Below are positions 1-12,522 of a DNA stretch of 64,000 bases, piece after piece. The stretch lies in assembly GCF_032444005.1 (NCBI RefSeq), contig NC_091282.1, positions 767,064,001 to 767,128,000 on the forward strand, read 5' to 3'. A program made the translations under genes and the position numbers. This DNA is from Ranitomeya imitator. Taxonomy: Eukaryota. Below the pieces are notes generated by a model that made no database searches, had not been told where the DNA came from, and saw nothing but the letters and a program-made list of their open reading frames with translations. Position 1 is the stretch's first letter. Each line of letters opens with the position of its first letter.

Positions 1-2039
1 TTGTGAAGGGATCAAAGTGTCTCTTTGGTGTGCAGAAGGTTTAATTTTTGGGGTTCATCTTTTCCCCTTCTACTATCGAGATGGATCCTGTTAAGGTCCA
101 AGCCATCCATGATTGGACTCAGCCGACATCTCTGAAAAGTCTGCAAAAGTTCCTGGGCTTTGCTAATTTTTATCGTCGCTTCATCTGCAATTTTTCTAGT
201 ATTGCTAAACCATTGACCGATTTGACCAAGAAGGGTGCTGATGTGGTCAATTGGTCTTCTGCTGCTGTGGAAGCTTTTCAAGAGTTGAAGCGTCGTTTTT
301 CTTCTGCCCCTGTGTTGTGTCAACCAGATGTTTCTCTTCCGTTCCAGGTCGAGGTTGATGCTTCTGAGATTGGAGCAGGGTCTGTTTTGTCGCAGAGAGG
401 TTCTGGTTGCTCAGTGATGAAACCATGCGCTTTCTTTTCCAGGAAGTTTTCGCCTGCTGAGCGTAATTATGATGTGGGCAACCGAGAGTTGCTGGCCATG
501 AAGTGGGCATTCGAGGAGTGGCGTCATTGGCTTGAAGGAGCTAAGCATCGCGTGGTGGTATTGACTGATCATAAGAACTTGACTTATCTCGAGTCTGCCA
601 AGCGCTTGAATCCTAGACAAGCTCGTTGGTCGTTGTTTTTTGCCCGTTTTGACTTTGTGATTTCGTACCTTCCGGGCTCTAAAAATGTGAAGGCGGATGC
701 TCTGTCTAGGAGTTTTGTACCCGACTCTCCGGGTTTATCTGAGCCGGCGGGTATCCTCAAGGAAGGAGTAATTGTGTCTGCCATCTCCCCTGATTTGCGG
801 CGGGTGCTGCAAAAATTTCAGGCTAATAAACCTGATCGTTGCCCAGCGGAGAAACTGTTTGTCCCTGATAGGTGGACGAATAGAGTTATCTCTGAACTTC
901 ATTGTTCGGTGTTGGCTGGTCATCCTGGAATCTTTGGTACCAGAGAGTTAGTGGCTAGATCCTTTTGGTGGCCCTCTCTTTCGCGGGATGTGCGTGCTTT
1001 TGTGCAGTCCTGTGGGATTTGTGCTCGGGCTAAGCCCTGCTGTTCTCGTGCCAGTGGGTTGCTTTTGCCCTTGCCGGTCCCGAAGAGGCCTTGGACACAT
1101 CTCTATGGATTTTATTTCTGACCTTCCTGTTTCTCAAAAGATGTCAGTCATTTGGGTGGTCTGTGATCGCTTTTCTAAGATGGTCCATCTGGTACCCTTG
1201 TCTAAATTGCCTTCCTCCTCTGATTTGGTGCCTTTGTTCTTCCAGCATGTGGTTCGTTTGCATGGCATTCCAGACAATATTGTTTCTGACAGAGGTTCCC
1301 AGTTTGTTTCGAGGTTTTGGCGAGCCTTTTGTGGTAGGATAGGCATTGACTTGTCTTTTTCCTCGGCTTTCCATCCTCAGACTAATGGCCAGACCGAGCG
1401 AACCAATCAGACCTTGGAAACATATCTGAGGTGCTTTGTTTCTGCTGATCAGGATGACTGGGTGTCCTTTTTGCCTTTGGCTGAGTTCGCCCTTAATAAT
1501 CGGGCCAGCTCGGCTACCTTGGTTTAACCGTTTTTCTGCAATTCTGGGTTCCATCTTCGTTTCTCTTCTGGACAGGTTGAGTCTTCGGACTGTCCTGGTG
1601 TGGATACTGTGGTGGACAGGTTGCAGCAGATTTGGACTCAGGTAGTGGACAATTTGACCTTGTCCCAGGAGAAGGCTCAACTTTTCGCTAATCGCAGACG
1701 CCGTGTGGGTCCCCGACTTCGTGTTGGGGATCTGGTTTGGTTATCTTCTCGTCATATTCCTATGAAGGTTTCCTCTCCTAAGTTTAAACCTCGTGTTATT
1801 GGTCCGTATAGGATTTCTGATTTCTGAGGTTCTTAATCCTGATTTTGGATTCTCGTGTTTCAAGACGGAAACTCCAGTATCTGGTTAAATGGAAGGGTTA
1901 TGCTCAGGAGGATAATTCCTGGGTTTTTGCCTCTGATGTCCATGCTCCCGATCTTGTTCGTGCCTTTCATGTGGCTCATCCTGGTCGGCCTGGGGGCTCT
2001 GGTGAGGGTTCGGTGACCCCTCCTCAAGGGGGGGGGTAC
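1..2039 (+). mobile_element. Decayed Ty3/Gypsy (chromovirus-type) LTR retrotransposon, 3' part of pol: RT connection/RNase H, integrase, chromodomain
   Basis: ORF 48-1121 has RNase H motifs (VEVDASEIGAG, YDVGNRELLA, LTDHKNL, NVKADALSR) and the integrase His motif (HCSVLAGHPG). ORF 988-1527 has the integrase core (ISMDFISDLP, SDRGSQF, HPQTNGQTER). ORF 1845-2096 has a chromodomain (LQYLVKWKGY...NSW). Frameshift near 1090, premature stop at 1525-1527, deletion near 1830. Polypurine tract (G-run) at about 2028-2036 just before the LTR. Confidence 0.93.
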
Positions 2040-2891
2040 TGTTGTGAATTCTGTGGCAGAGTTCACTCCTGTGATCACAAGTGGTACTTCGGCTGATTCT
2101 CTCTGGGATCTTCCGTTTGTGGAGGAAAGTGGTACTGCAGCTTCTGAGTTTCCTCCCTCAGGTGATCTGGTGAGCTCGTTAGCTTCTTCTCTACTTAACT
2201 CCACCTGATGCTTTGATCTATGCTTCCTGTCAATGTTTCAGTGTGGGACTTGTTTTTTCCCTGGATCATTCCTGTGGCCTGCTGCTCTGCAAAGCCAAGT
2301 TTTGCTTATGTTATTTTGTTGCTATTTTTCTGTCCAGCTTGCTTTATTGGTTTTTCTCGCCTGCTGGAAGCTCTAAGACGCAGAGGGACCACCTCCGTAC
2401 CGTTAGTCGGTGCGGAGGGTCTTTTTGTCCCCTCTGCGTGGTTTTTTATAGGTTTTTGTGCTGACCGCAAAGTTATCTTCCCTATCCTCGTTCTGATCAG
2501 CTAGTCGGGCCTCACTTTGCTAAATCTGTTTCATCTCTATGTTTGTGTTTTCATCTTACTCACAGTCATTATATGTGGGGGGCTGCCTTTTCCTTTGGGG
2601 AATTTCTCTGAGGCAAGGTAGGCTTATTTTTCTATCTTCAGGATTAGCTAGTTTCTCAGGCTGTGACGAGGCGCCTAGGTTCTGGTCAGGAGCGCTCCAC
2701 GGCTACCTTCAGTGTGGTTTGATAGGCTTAGGAATTGCGGTCTGCAGAGTTCCCACGTCTCAGAGCTCGTTCTATTATTTTGGGTTATTGTCAGTTCACT
2801 GTATGTGCTCTGACCTCCATGTCCATTGTGATTCTGAATTGCCTTTCATCTCACTCGTCCCATGTTGCTCCTAAACCACCAGTTCATAACA
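2040..2891 (+). mobile_element. 3' LTR of the Gypsy element
   Basis: Starts TGTTGTGAA right after the PPT and ends TTCATAACA (TG...CA with imperfect terminal inverted repeat). Confidence 0.8.
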
Positions 2892-3333
2892 GTCTTGGCC
2901 AGGACTTTGGTCAATATCAGTGCACCGATTTGTGGCCGTTCTCAGTACTGCAGCTCAGCAATGTGTAGTAATAATACATAAAGCTGCACTCTGTAGCACT
3001 ATAGAATGCAAACATGAAATATCTGAAATATGAATTGCATTACTGTTATAGAAAAACGAAAAAAATTAGAATTCTTTGCGCATAAATTGGCCAATTCATG
3101 TATGCCCAGCAGCCGCAACAAGGCGATCCTCTTTGCTAGGAACATAACCAAATATGATATGGACTGACGGTCTACAATTATATGGGCAGATAAGAACATA
3201 AGACAAGGGAACAAAGAAAGTCTCTTTTGGTAATAAACAAGTAAAATGCTACCAATATTGTACATACCAACAAAACAGGCAAAGATGCTTACTTGTCTAG
3301 GCCTCAAATCAAATGCACTATCATGGTGCAGCG

Positions 3334-4081
3334 TGTTATGGCTGGCAATCAGGCAACACAGCGTGCAGTAATCAGCGCACATACAGAGATCTGGCAATAA
3401 CCAAAAACAATAGGACGAGCTCTGAGACATGGAATCTCTGTAGACTGCAGTACCTGATCTATCCTCACACAACTATAAGCAGCAGTGGATTGCGCCTATA
3501 ACTACCTATGCAACTCGGCACTGCCTGAGGAGCTGACTAGCCTGAAGATAGAAATACAAGCCTGACTTACCTCAGAGAAATACCCCAAAGGAATAGGCAG
3601 CCCCCCACATATAATGACTGTTAGCAAGATGAAAAGACAAACGTAGGAATGAAATAGATTCAGCAAAGTGAGGCCCGATATTCTAGACAGAGCGAGGATA
3701 GCAAAGAGAACTATGCAGTCTACAAAAAACCCTAAAACGAAAACCACGCAAAGGGGCAAAAAGACCCACCGTGCCGAACTAACAGCACGGCGGTGCAACC
3801 CTTTGCTTCTCAGAGCTTCCAGCAAAAGTTAATAGCAAGCTGGACAGAAAAAACAGAAAACAAACTAGAAGCACTTATCTAGCAGAGCAGCAGGCCCAAG
3901 GAAAGATGCAGTAGCTCAGATCCAACACTGGAACATTGACAAGGAGCAAGGAAGACAGACTCAGGTGGAGCTAAATAGCAAGGCAGCCAACGAGCTAACC
4001 AAAACACCTGAGGGAGGAAGCCCAGAGACTGCAATACCACTTGTGACCACAGAAGTGAACTCAGCCACAGAATTCACAATA
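3334..4081 (-). mobile_element. Solo LTR related to the 2040-2891 LTR
   Basis: Reverse complement begins (TA)TTGTGAATTCTGTGGCTGAGTTCACTTCTGTGGTCACAAGTGG, near-identical to the start of the first LTR. Flanked by the direct repeat GCAGCG. An uninterrupted copy of the flanking sequence is at about 7320-7420. Confidence 0.8.
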
Positions 4082-4248
4082 GCAGCGGGTCCGAGTAAAG
4101 ATGGCGACTACACAGGTGCAGTAATACCAAATGAGACAGCCAGCCTACAATCAGGGATTGGCCGCTTGGCACACCATCGCAAACAGATAATCTGCATGTG
4201 GCAGTGTTCACGCAGAGAATGCAAAGCATCTGGATCACAGCCTATTAA

Positions 4249-7029
4249 AGGGACTCTGTCACCCCCTCCAGCCGTTAAAAACTAAAAAAGCCACCTTGTG
4301 CAGCAGTAATGCTGCATTCTGACAAGGTGGCTCTTTTAGTTATTGGTGCAGTCAAAACAGAAATAAAGCTGTCACGATTCACACCGTGACCGTCACCCCT
4401 ACGTCACGGGTCGGGGTGACTTTAGGCCAACAGACGGCTATCACATGTGCAGGGGGGCTTATCTTAGTTATCCCTCCACTCCACACTGTAATGAAAAAAC
4501 ACACACAAGGCTATTGACCTCTTAGTTTACAGCAGGGGTTTATTCTAGGTATCCCACTGCTCTTCAATATACCACGAACTGCAGGGATTTATTTATATCC
4601 CGCTTACAGTTCCACTTAAAACTTGCAGCTCTCTGGCGCCCCCCTTACTCTCAGGTCAGATTAGGTACTGCACCTGGGGTAATTAGTCGCCAGAAAGGCT
4701 GCCTGCTATGTACTGGCTATTGGGCACGCTGCAGCGATGCGATAAACTACTCCCGCTCAGGCAGGAACAATAATTATCAACGCTGCAGTCGCTACAACAA
4801 CACCCAAAAGCCTGCACACGGTACGCTGCCACGTTCGTGATGAGCATTCATCGTGTTGACGTGAAAGGCCTTTCGCCTACCCCGAGCGTGGTCAAGCGTG
4901 ACCATGTAGGTGACCGGGTTGAGCTGTTGGTGGACGATGTACGGGCCCTCCCAGGCTGCCTGAAGTTTATCCTTTGGTACGGGGACCAGCACCCATACCT
5001 TTTGACCCACGTGGTAGGTCCGCTCCCGGGTGTTCTGGTCATACCAGTGCTTCTGGCCAGCCTGAGCCTGCGTCATGTTGTCATGCACCAACTGCATCAC
5101 GGTCTGCATCTTGTCACGGAAGCGCATGACATATTCCACTATGGACACTTCAGAAGGGTTCGGCTCCTCTTCCCAGGATTCTCTTACCAACCCAAGGGGT
5201 CCCCGGACTCGCCTGCCGTACAGGAACTCGAAGGGGAAGAACCCCGTCGAGGCCTGCGGAACCTCTCGGTAAGCGAATAGCAGGTGTGGTGGCAGCGGTG
5301 GGATAAACTACTCCCACTCAGGCAGGAACAATAATTATCAATGCCGCAGTCGCTACAACAACACCCAAAAGCCTGCACACGGTACGCTGCCACCAGCTTC
5401 GATTAAACGGGTCCGAAGCTAACCCAAAACAGTAGCATAATTCCCTTCAGAAGACTTGGGGTACGTTTTAGAGCAGGAAGAACGAAAACTAGTAATTTAT
5501 ATATTTTACTCCGAAAGAATGCAGTGTTTGTAAAAAGGCATATAAAGATGTTACAATATGAGACAATTGCAAATATGTACAAGATAATTATAAAATAAAC
5601 AGGGATTAATAAGAAAAGGTACAACTCGCATGTTCTCAGTTCAGGCAGAAACCATGCTGGTGGGCGGAGCTCCCAAAAGTCCCAATGCATGAGGTACAGC
5701 TCTTCAGATCAGACTCACATGTTCTCCCAGCAGCAGACTGACTGCTGGGATCTGGCCAGACAGTTATAGCTGCAGCCTGTGACATCCCAGAAAGGGGTTG
5801 GATCACCACGTCCCTCCTACCTCTTCAGTTTTAGTAATTCAGCCTTAAATTTGTCTAATTTCTATAACTCCGCTCCAGAACATGTCATAGTCATAACCAA
5901 CCCAGCATTCATCTCGTATTAACATTGGCATTCTAATGAGATCAAATATGTCATATGTGTGATGCGTCATTACAGAGAAATCCCTACTTTTTTACCTGAT
6001 GGAGTTAGAAGCTCATGTTTAGAGTGGCGGATAGATCCGCCGAGGGACGTAAAGAATATATATTTTTCCTATTTCTAGCTTGAATCGTTTGCCTAATATC
6101 TTACAATAACAGAACAAAGGACTTTCATGGCTTCTGGGAGCTTCTCTACCAGTTTAAGCTGGTACAACTGTCTATGCAGCTATGCCGGTTGTAAATTCCT
6201 TGGCGAGGGGGATGAGGGGCTTGGGAGCTGAAAGTCAGGAATTTGCAGCTACAAGCCATAAAGGCTGTTGCAGAATCACTCCAAGAAGGGGGCTTAGCCC
6301 ACAGCATGCTAGCAAGAGAAACTAAACTTATATGATATTTCATACAACATCGTGACAAAAGCGTTTTATAATTTCGCAAAAATACCTGTCTTTAGACAGG
6401 GAGGCAGGTCTTAACCCCCCTGCTGCACACGTCACACTGCCGTCACTCAAGGCTTCTTTGGTGCCGGGCACCGCCCCCTCCGCGCTGTTTTCAAATCAAA
6501 TCTGGCGTCTGCGCTGTTTTGTTCTGCCTGGGGCAGGCGCAGTGAGCACTGCCCATCTGACCTCAGATGCAGTCTCGCAGACTGCGCCTGTGCGGCCACC
6601 CAGCTTGTGAATCCCAGCCCCGCACTGTGCATAATGCATAACACACTGCGGGGCTGGGATTCACAAGCTTGGTGGCCGCACAGGCGCAGTCTGCGAGACT
6701 GTATCTGAGGTCAGACGGGCAGCGCTCACTGCGCCTGCCCCAGGCAGAACAAAACAACGCAGGCGCCGGATTTGATTTGAAAACAGCGCGGAGGGGGTGG
6801 CACCCGGTGCCAAAGAAGCCTTGAGTGACGGCAGTGTGGCGTGTGCAGCAGGGGGGTTAAGACCTGCCTCCAGGACTAAAGACAGGTATTTTTGCAAAAT
6901 TATAAAACGTTTTATTTCTGCTTTGACTGCACCAATAACTAAAAGGGCAACCTTGTCAGAATGCAGCATTACTGCTGCACAAGGTGGCTCTTTTAGTTTC
7001 TACCGGCTGGAGGGGGTGACAGAGTCCCT
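4249..7029. mobile_element. T2-family (Kolobok-type) MITE, about 0.8 kb, interrupted by an LTR insertion
   Basis: TTAA at 4245-4248 and 7030-7033. TIR AGGGACTCTGTCACCCC / GGGGGTGACAGAGTCCCT. Strongly palindromic body at 6400-6870. Confidence 0.85.
4370..6357 (-). mobile_element. Solo-LTR-like insertion carrying a Gypsy integrase C-terminal fragment
   Basis: Termini TGTCACG...CGTGACA with 5-bp TSD AAAGC (4365-4369, 6358-6362). Minus-strand 4832-5290 encodes LLFAYREVPQASTGF...GPLGLVRESWEE...AWEGPY...FHVN (integrase C-terminus with GPY/F motif). Confidence 0.8.
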
Positions 7030-7462
7030 TTAATAATCGCCTGTGGAGGGCTGCCCAGTGCTAACTGTACTGCGTCCTGTGTGAACCGAGACCACAATTT
7101 ACAAAGCCATATGGACCCATCTGCACCTCAAAAAGTAAAGATAAAAAAAGTGCACAAGAACATATCAAAATATGTAAGGTATTAGTTAATATTATGGCCA
7201 CAATACATAAGCTGGCAACCCACGTCAAGGTCCTTACACTTGCTAGTCCTACTCTAACAGCAAAATCCACAAAAGGAGGAAAAAAACTCCACTATTCTAG
7301 AGAAAACACCACAAAAACAGGCAAAGATGCTTACCTGTCTAGGCCTCAAATCAAATGCACTATCATGGTGCAGCGGGCCCAAGTAAAGATGGCGACTGCA
7401 CAGGTGCGTTAATACCAAATCTCATTTGGTATTTCCGCACCTGTGTAGTTGCCATCTTTACT

Positions 7463-8654
7463 CATGTGGAAATATATACTTAACAAAAAAGTGTGAAACA
7501 ACTGAAAATATGTCTTATATTCTAGGTTCTTCAAAGTAGCCACCTTTTGCTTTGATGACTGCTTTGCACACTCTTGGCATTCTCTTGATGAGCTTCAGGA
7601 GGTAGTCACCGGGAATGGTTTTCACTTCACAGGTGTGCCCTGTCAGGTTTAATAAGTGGGATTTCTTGCCTTATAAATGGGGTTGGGACCATCAGTTGTG
7701 TTGTGCAGAAGTCTGGTGGATACACAACTGATAATCCTACTGAATAGACTGTTAAAATTTGTATTATTGCAAGAAAAAAGCAGCTAAGTAAAGAAAAACG
7801 AGTGGCCATCTTTACTTTAAGAAATGAAGGTCAGTCAGTCCGAAAAATTGGGAAAGTGTCCCCAAGTGCAGTTGCAAAAACCATCAAGCGCTGCAAAGAA
7901 ACTGGCTCACATGAGGACCGCCCCAGGAAAGGAAGATCAAGAGTTACCTCTGCTTCTGAGGATAAGTTTATCCGAGTCACCAGCCTCAGAAATCGCAGGT
8001 TAACAGCAGCTCAGATTAGAGACCAGGTCAATGCGTGGAGGAGGAGGTGTGATGGTGTGGGGGTGCTTTGCTAGTGACACTGTTGGGGATTTATTCAAAA
8101 TTGAAAGCATACTGAACCAGCATGGCTACCACAGCATCTTGCAGCGCCATGCTATTCCATCCGGTTTGCGTTTAGTTGGACCATCATTTATTTTTCAACA
8201 TGACAATGACCCCAAACACACCTCCAGGCTGTGTAAGGGCTATTTGAACAAGGAGAGTGATGGGGTGCTACGCCAGATGACCTGGCCTCCACAGTCACCA
8301 GACCTGAACCCAATCGAGAAGGTTTGGGGTGAGCTGGACCGCAGAGTGAAGGCAAAAAGGCCAACAAGTGCTAAGCATCTCTGGGGACTCCTTCAAGATT
8401 GTTGGAATACCATTCCCGGTGACTACCTCTTGAAGCTCATCAAGATAATGCCAAGAGTGTGCAAAGCAGTCATCAAAGCAAAAGGTGGCTACTTTGAAGA
8501 ACCTAGAGTATAAAACATAATTTCAGCTGTTTTGCATTTTTTGGATAAGTATATAATTCCACGTGTGTTAATTCATAGTTTTGATGTCTTCAGTGTGAAT
8601 GTACAATTTTCATAGTCATAGAAATACAGAAAAATCTCTAAATGAGGTGTGTCC
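7463..8654 (+). mobile_element. Decayed Tc1/mariner transposon, 5' TIR truncated, internal deletion
   Basis: ORF 7802-8074 (HTH, RKGRSRVTS) and ORF 8031-8513 (VMVWGCF, FQHDNDPKH, WPPQSPDLNPIE). The 3' inverted repeat runs into the gap at 8655. Confidence 0.9.
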
Positions 8655-8796
8655 NNNNNNNNNNNNNNNNNNNNNNNNNNNNNNNNNNNNNNNNNNNNNN
8701 NNNNNNNNNNNNNNNNNNNNNNNNNNNNNNNNNNNNNNNNNNNNNNNNNNNNNNNNNNNNNNNNNNNNNNNNNNNNNNNNNNNNNNNNNNNNNNNN
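8655..8796. other. Assembly gap (142 N)
   Basis: Run of N between two tail-to-tail Tc1 ends. Confidence 0.99.
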
Positions 8797-10300
8797 GAGC
8801 ATTAAAATCCCACATCCTAGATATCACTGAATGAAATATTCCAGTTGTAAATCTTTATTCATTACACAGTGGAATGTGTTGAGAACAATGAAACCTAAAA
8901 ATAATGAATGTAAAATCACCACTAATATCCCGCGGAGGTCTGGATTTGGAATGATGCTCAAAATCAAAGTAGAAAATGAAGTTACAGGCTGATCCAACTT
9001 CAGTGGAAATGCCTCAAGACAAGGAAATGATGCTCAGTAGTGTGTGTGGCTTCCACGTGCCTGTATGACCTCCATACAATGCCTGGGCATGCTCCTGATG
9101 AGGCGGCGGATGGTCTCCTGAGGGATCTCCTCCCAGACCTGGACTAAAGCATCCACCAGCTCCTGGACAGTCTGTGGTGCAACGTGACGTTCGTGGATGG
9201 TGCGAGACATGATGTCCCAGATGTGTTCAATCAGATTCAGGTGTGGGGAACGGGCGGGCCAGTCCATAGCTTCAATGCTTTCATCTTGCTGGAACTGCCA
9301 CATGAGGTCTGGCATTGTCCTGTATTAGGAGGAACCCAGGGCCAACTGCACCAGCATATGGTCTCACAAGGGGTCTGAGGCTATCCTCTTGGTACCTAAT
9401 GGCAGTCAGGCTACCTCTGGCGAGCACATGGAGGGCTGTGCGGCCCTCCAAAGAAATGCCACCCCACACCATTACTGACCCACCAAACCGGTCATGCTGA
9501 AGGATGTTGCAGGCAGCAGATCGCTCTCCAATGCGTCTCCAGACTCTGTCATGTTTGTCACATGTGCTCAGTGTGAACCTTTCATCTGTGAAGAGCACTG
9601 GGTGCCAGTGGCGAATTTGCCAATCCTGGTGTTCTGTGGCAAAAGCCAATCGTCCTGCACGGTGTTGGGCTGTGAGCACAACCCCCATCTGTGGACGTCA
9701 GGCACTCAGACCATCCTCATGGAGTCGGTTTCTAATAGTTTGTGCAGACACATGCACTTTTGTGGCCTGCTGGAGGTCATTTTGCAAAGGCTAAGGTAGC
9801 GGTCCTGCTGCTGGGTTGTTGCCCTCCTATGGCTCCATTCATGTCTCCTGGTGTACTGGTCTGTCTCCTGGTAGTGCTTCCAGCCTCTGGACACTACGCT
9901 GACAGACACAGCAAACCTTCTTGCCACAGCTCGCATTGATGTACCATCCTGGATGAGCTGCACTACCTGAGGCAATTGTGTGGGTTGTAGAGTCCATCTC
10001 ATGCTACCACGAGTGTGAATGCAAAACCATCATTCAAAAGTGGCCAAAACATCAGCCAGAAAGCATTGGTACTGAGATGTGGTCTGTGGTCCCCATCTAC
10101 AGAACCTCTCCTTTATTGAGGGTGTCTTGATGATTGCCAATAATTTCCATCTGTTGTCTATTCCATTTGCACAACAGCATGTGAAATTGATTGTCAAACA
10201 GTGTTGCTTCCTAAGTGGACAATTTGATTTCACAGAAGTTTGATTTACTTGGAGTTATATTCTGTTGTTTAAATGTTCCTTTCATTTTTTTGAGCAGTGT
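8797..10300 (-). mobile_element. Decayed Tc1/mariner transposon (second family)
   Basis: Frameshifted transposase pieces in ORFs 9706-10002, 9281-9688 (VLFTDE, SVMVWGGI, QDNARPH) and 9034-9315 (WPARSPHLNLIEH). Terminus reads ...TTTTGAGCAGTG on +. Confidence 0.9.
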
Positions 10301-10323
10301 GTATGTGTGTGTGTGTGTATATG

Positions 10324-10380
<57 letters not shown>
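10298..10380. repeat. (TG)n/(TA)n microsatellite
   Basis: Direct reading of the sequence. Confidence 0.95.
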
Positions 10381-10382
<2 letters not shown>

Positions 10383-11438
10383 ACTATATAATGGTCACTT
10401 CCTTCTGTCTGTCTGTCTGTACCGGAAATCCCAAGTCGCTGATTGGTCACGGCAAAACAGCCACGACCAATCAGCGACGGGCAGTCTGGCGGCAAAATGG
10501 CCGCTCCTTACTCCCCACAGTCAGTGCCCGCTCCATACTCCCCTCCAGTCAGCGCTCACACAGGGTTAATGGCAGCGTTAACGGACCGCATTCTGCCGCG
10601 GTGTAACGCACTCCGTTAACGCTGCTATTAACCCTGTGTGACCAACTTTTTACTTTTGATGCTGCCTATGCAGCATCAATAGTAAAAAGAACTAATGTTA
10701 AAAATAATTAAAAAAAAATAAAATAAAATACTTATATACTCACCGTCCGTCTGCCCCTCGGATCCAGAACAGGCCTTTACCGCTTCTCATGACGCGCCGG
10801 TGGCCGCTCCATGCATTGCAATCTCGCGAGATGATGACGTAGCCGCAATGCACTCTTGGGACCGTAGCGCACGAGGAGCATCGGTAAATGCTTCGCCTGG
10901 ATCCGGGGGCCAACGGAAGGTGAGTATATAATTTTTTTTTTATTTTAATTCTTTTTTTTTTTAACAGGGATATGGTGCCCACATTGCTATATACAACGTG
11001 GGCTGTGCAATATACAACGTGGGCTGTGCAATATACTACGTAGCTGTGCAATATACTATGTGGGCTGTTATATACTACATGAGCTGTGTTTATATGCTAC
11101 GTGGGTTGTTATAAACTACGTGGCTGTGTTATATGCTATATACTCCGTGGGCTGTGCTATATACTCCGTGGGCTGTGCTATATATTCTGTGGGCTGTGCT
11201 ATATACTACGTGGCTCTGCTATATACTACGTGGCTGTGCTATATACTACGTGGCCTGCCGCGAACAATCAGCGACAGGCGGTCTGGCGGCGAATTGGCGC
11301 TGGATTTGAACCACGCTTCGCTAATTGGTCGCTGCCGGCCGAATCCTGATTATTCAATGTATTATTCTAAAATCTTCATAAATAAACTACATACATATTC
11401 TAGAATACCAGATGCGTTAGAATCGGGCTACCATCTAG
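10380..11438 (+). mobile_element. Non-autonomous Helitron 1
   Basis: 5' TC and 3' CTAG, inserted between A and T. Subterminal hairpin-like GAT...ATCGGG. Internal ~22-bp tandem repeat (ATATACTACGTGGGCTGTGC-like) at about 10985-11255. Confidence 0.75.
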
Positions 11439-11485
11439 TGTGTGTGTCTCTCTCTCTCTCTCTCGATAGATAGATAGATAGATAG

Positions 11486-11932
11486 ATATATATATATAAA
11501 TTGTCTAAGGGTTTTTCTGTCTGTCTGTCTGTCCTGGAAATCCCGCGTCTCTGATTGGTCGAGGCCGCCAGGCACAGCGACGATGATGTCATAAAGGACG
11601 TAGAAATCCCACGTTTCTGATTCAGCGACGGGCACAGTATCGACGTAGATGTCATAATGGTTGCCATGGCGACGATGATGTCATAAAGGTTGCCTCGACC
11701 AATCAGCGACGGGCACAATCTGCTGCGAATTCTGGAATCATCATTGTCCATATACTACGGGGACATGCATATTCTAGAATACCCGATGCGTTAGAATCGG
11801 GCCACAATCTATATATATAATTGTCTAAGGGTTTTTCCGTCTGTCTGTCTTTCTGTCCTGGAAATCCCGCGTCTCTACGGGGACATGCATATCCTAGAAT
11901 ACCCGATGCGTTAGAATCGGGCCACAATCTAG
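11486..11932 (+). mobile_element. Two head-to-tail non-autonomous Helitrons (about 11486-11811 and 11808-11932)
   Basis: Both start (TA)nATTGTCTAAGGGTTTTT and end GCATATTCTAGAATACCCGATGCGTTAGAATCGGGCCACAATCTA(G). Hairpin CCCGAT/ATCGGG lies 7 nt before CTAG. Confidence 0.75.
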
Positions 11933-11936
11933 TCTA

Positions 11937-11989
<53 letters not shown>

Positions 11990-11994
<5 letters not shown>

Positions 11995-12522
11995 AATATA
12001 TAATTGCCTAGAATACTACTTCCTGCAATTTGTGCCAACTTCCGTGGCTTTGTCCGGAGCTAATGTCCGGAGCTAATGTCCGGAGCTAATGTCCGGAGAT
12101 AAGTGATGTCAACAGTGTCCAGTGTCTGATTGGTTGCCGCCTGCTGCGAGCGACCAATCAGAAACGTGCCGTACTGTGACACACTCCGCCCGCCATTTTG
12201 GTGTGATTTTTGAATTTTTACCTCACAGCAAGTTTCTACTGCGTGGAGGCGGGCCAAGTGACGTTGCTCATCAAGCTCCTGCCGAATTTCGTCAAAAAAA
12301 TGATAATACCATTTACCAAAACTATATATATTTAGTTGTGAAGTGGTTCAGTGACATTTTTACACCAATTTTGAACTTTTGTTTGGTGTTTTCTCCATAT
12401 ACTGCCTATTATTTTTGTTCTTTCTTACTATTATTTATTAATTGTATTATTCTTACATTTGAATAAATAAAGTATATATGGATTCTAGACTCCCGATTCT
12501 TTAGAATCGGGCTGCCATCTAG
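11990..12522 (+). mobile_element. Non-autonomous Helitron 4
   Basis: 5' TC after (TA)n. 3' CCCGATTCTTTAGAATCGGG hairpin followed by CTAG, then T. Confidence 0.75.

Noticed and set aside
8573-8834. ORFs spanning N runs (also 21855-22385 and 59500-59827)
   Set aside because: Artefacts of translating assembly gaps.
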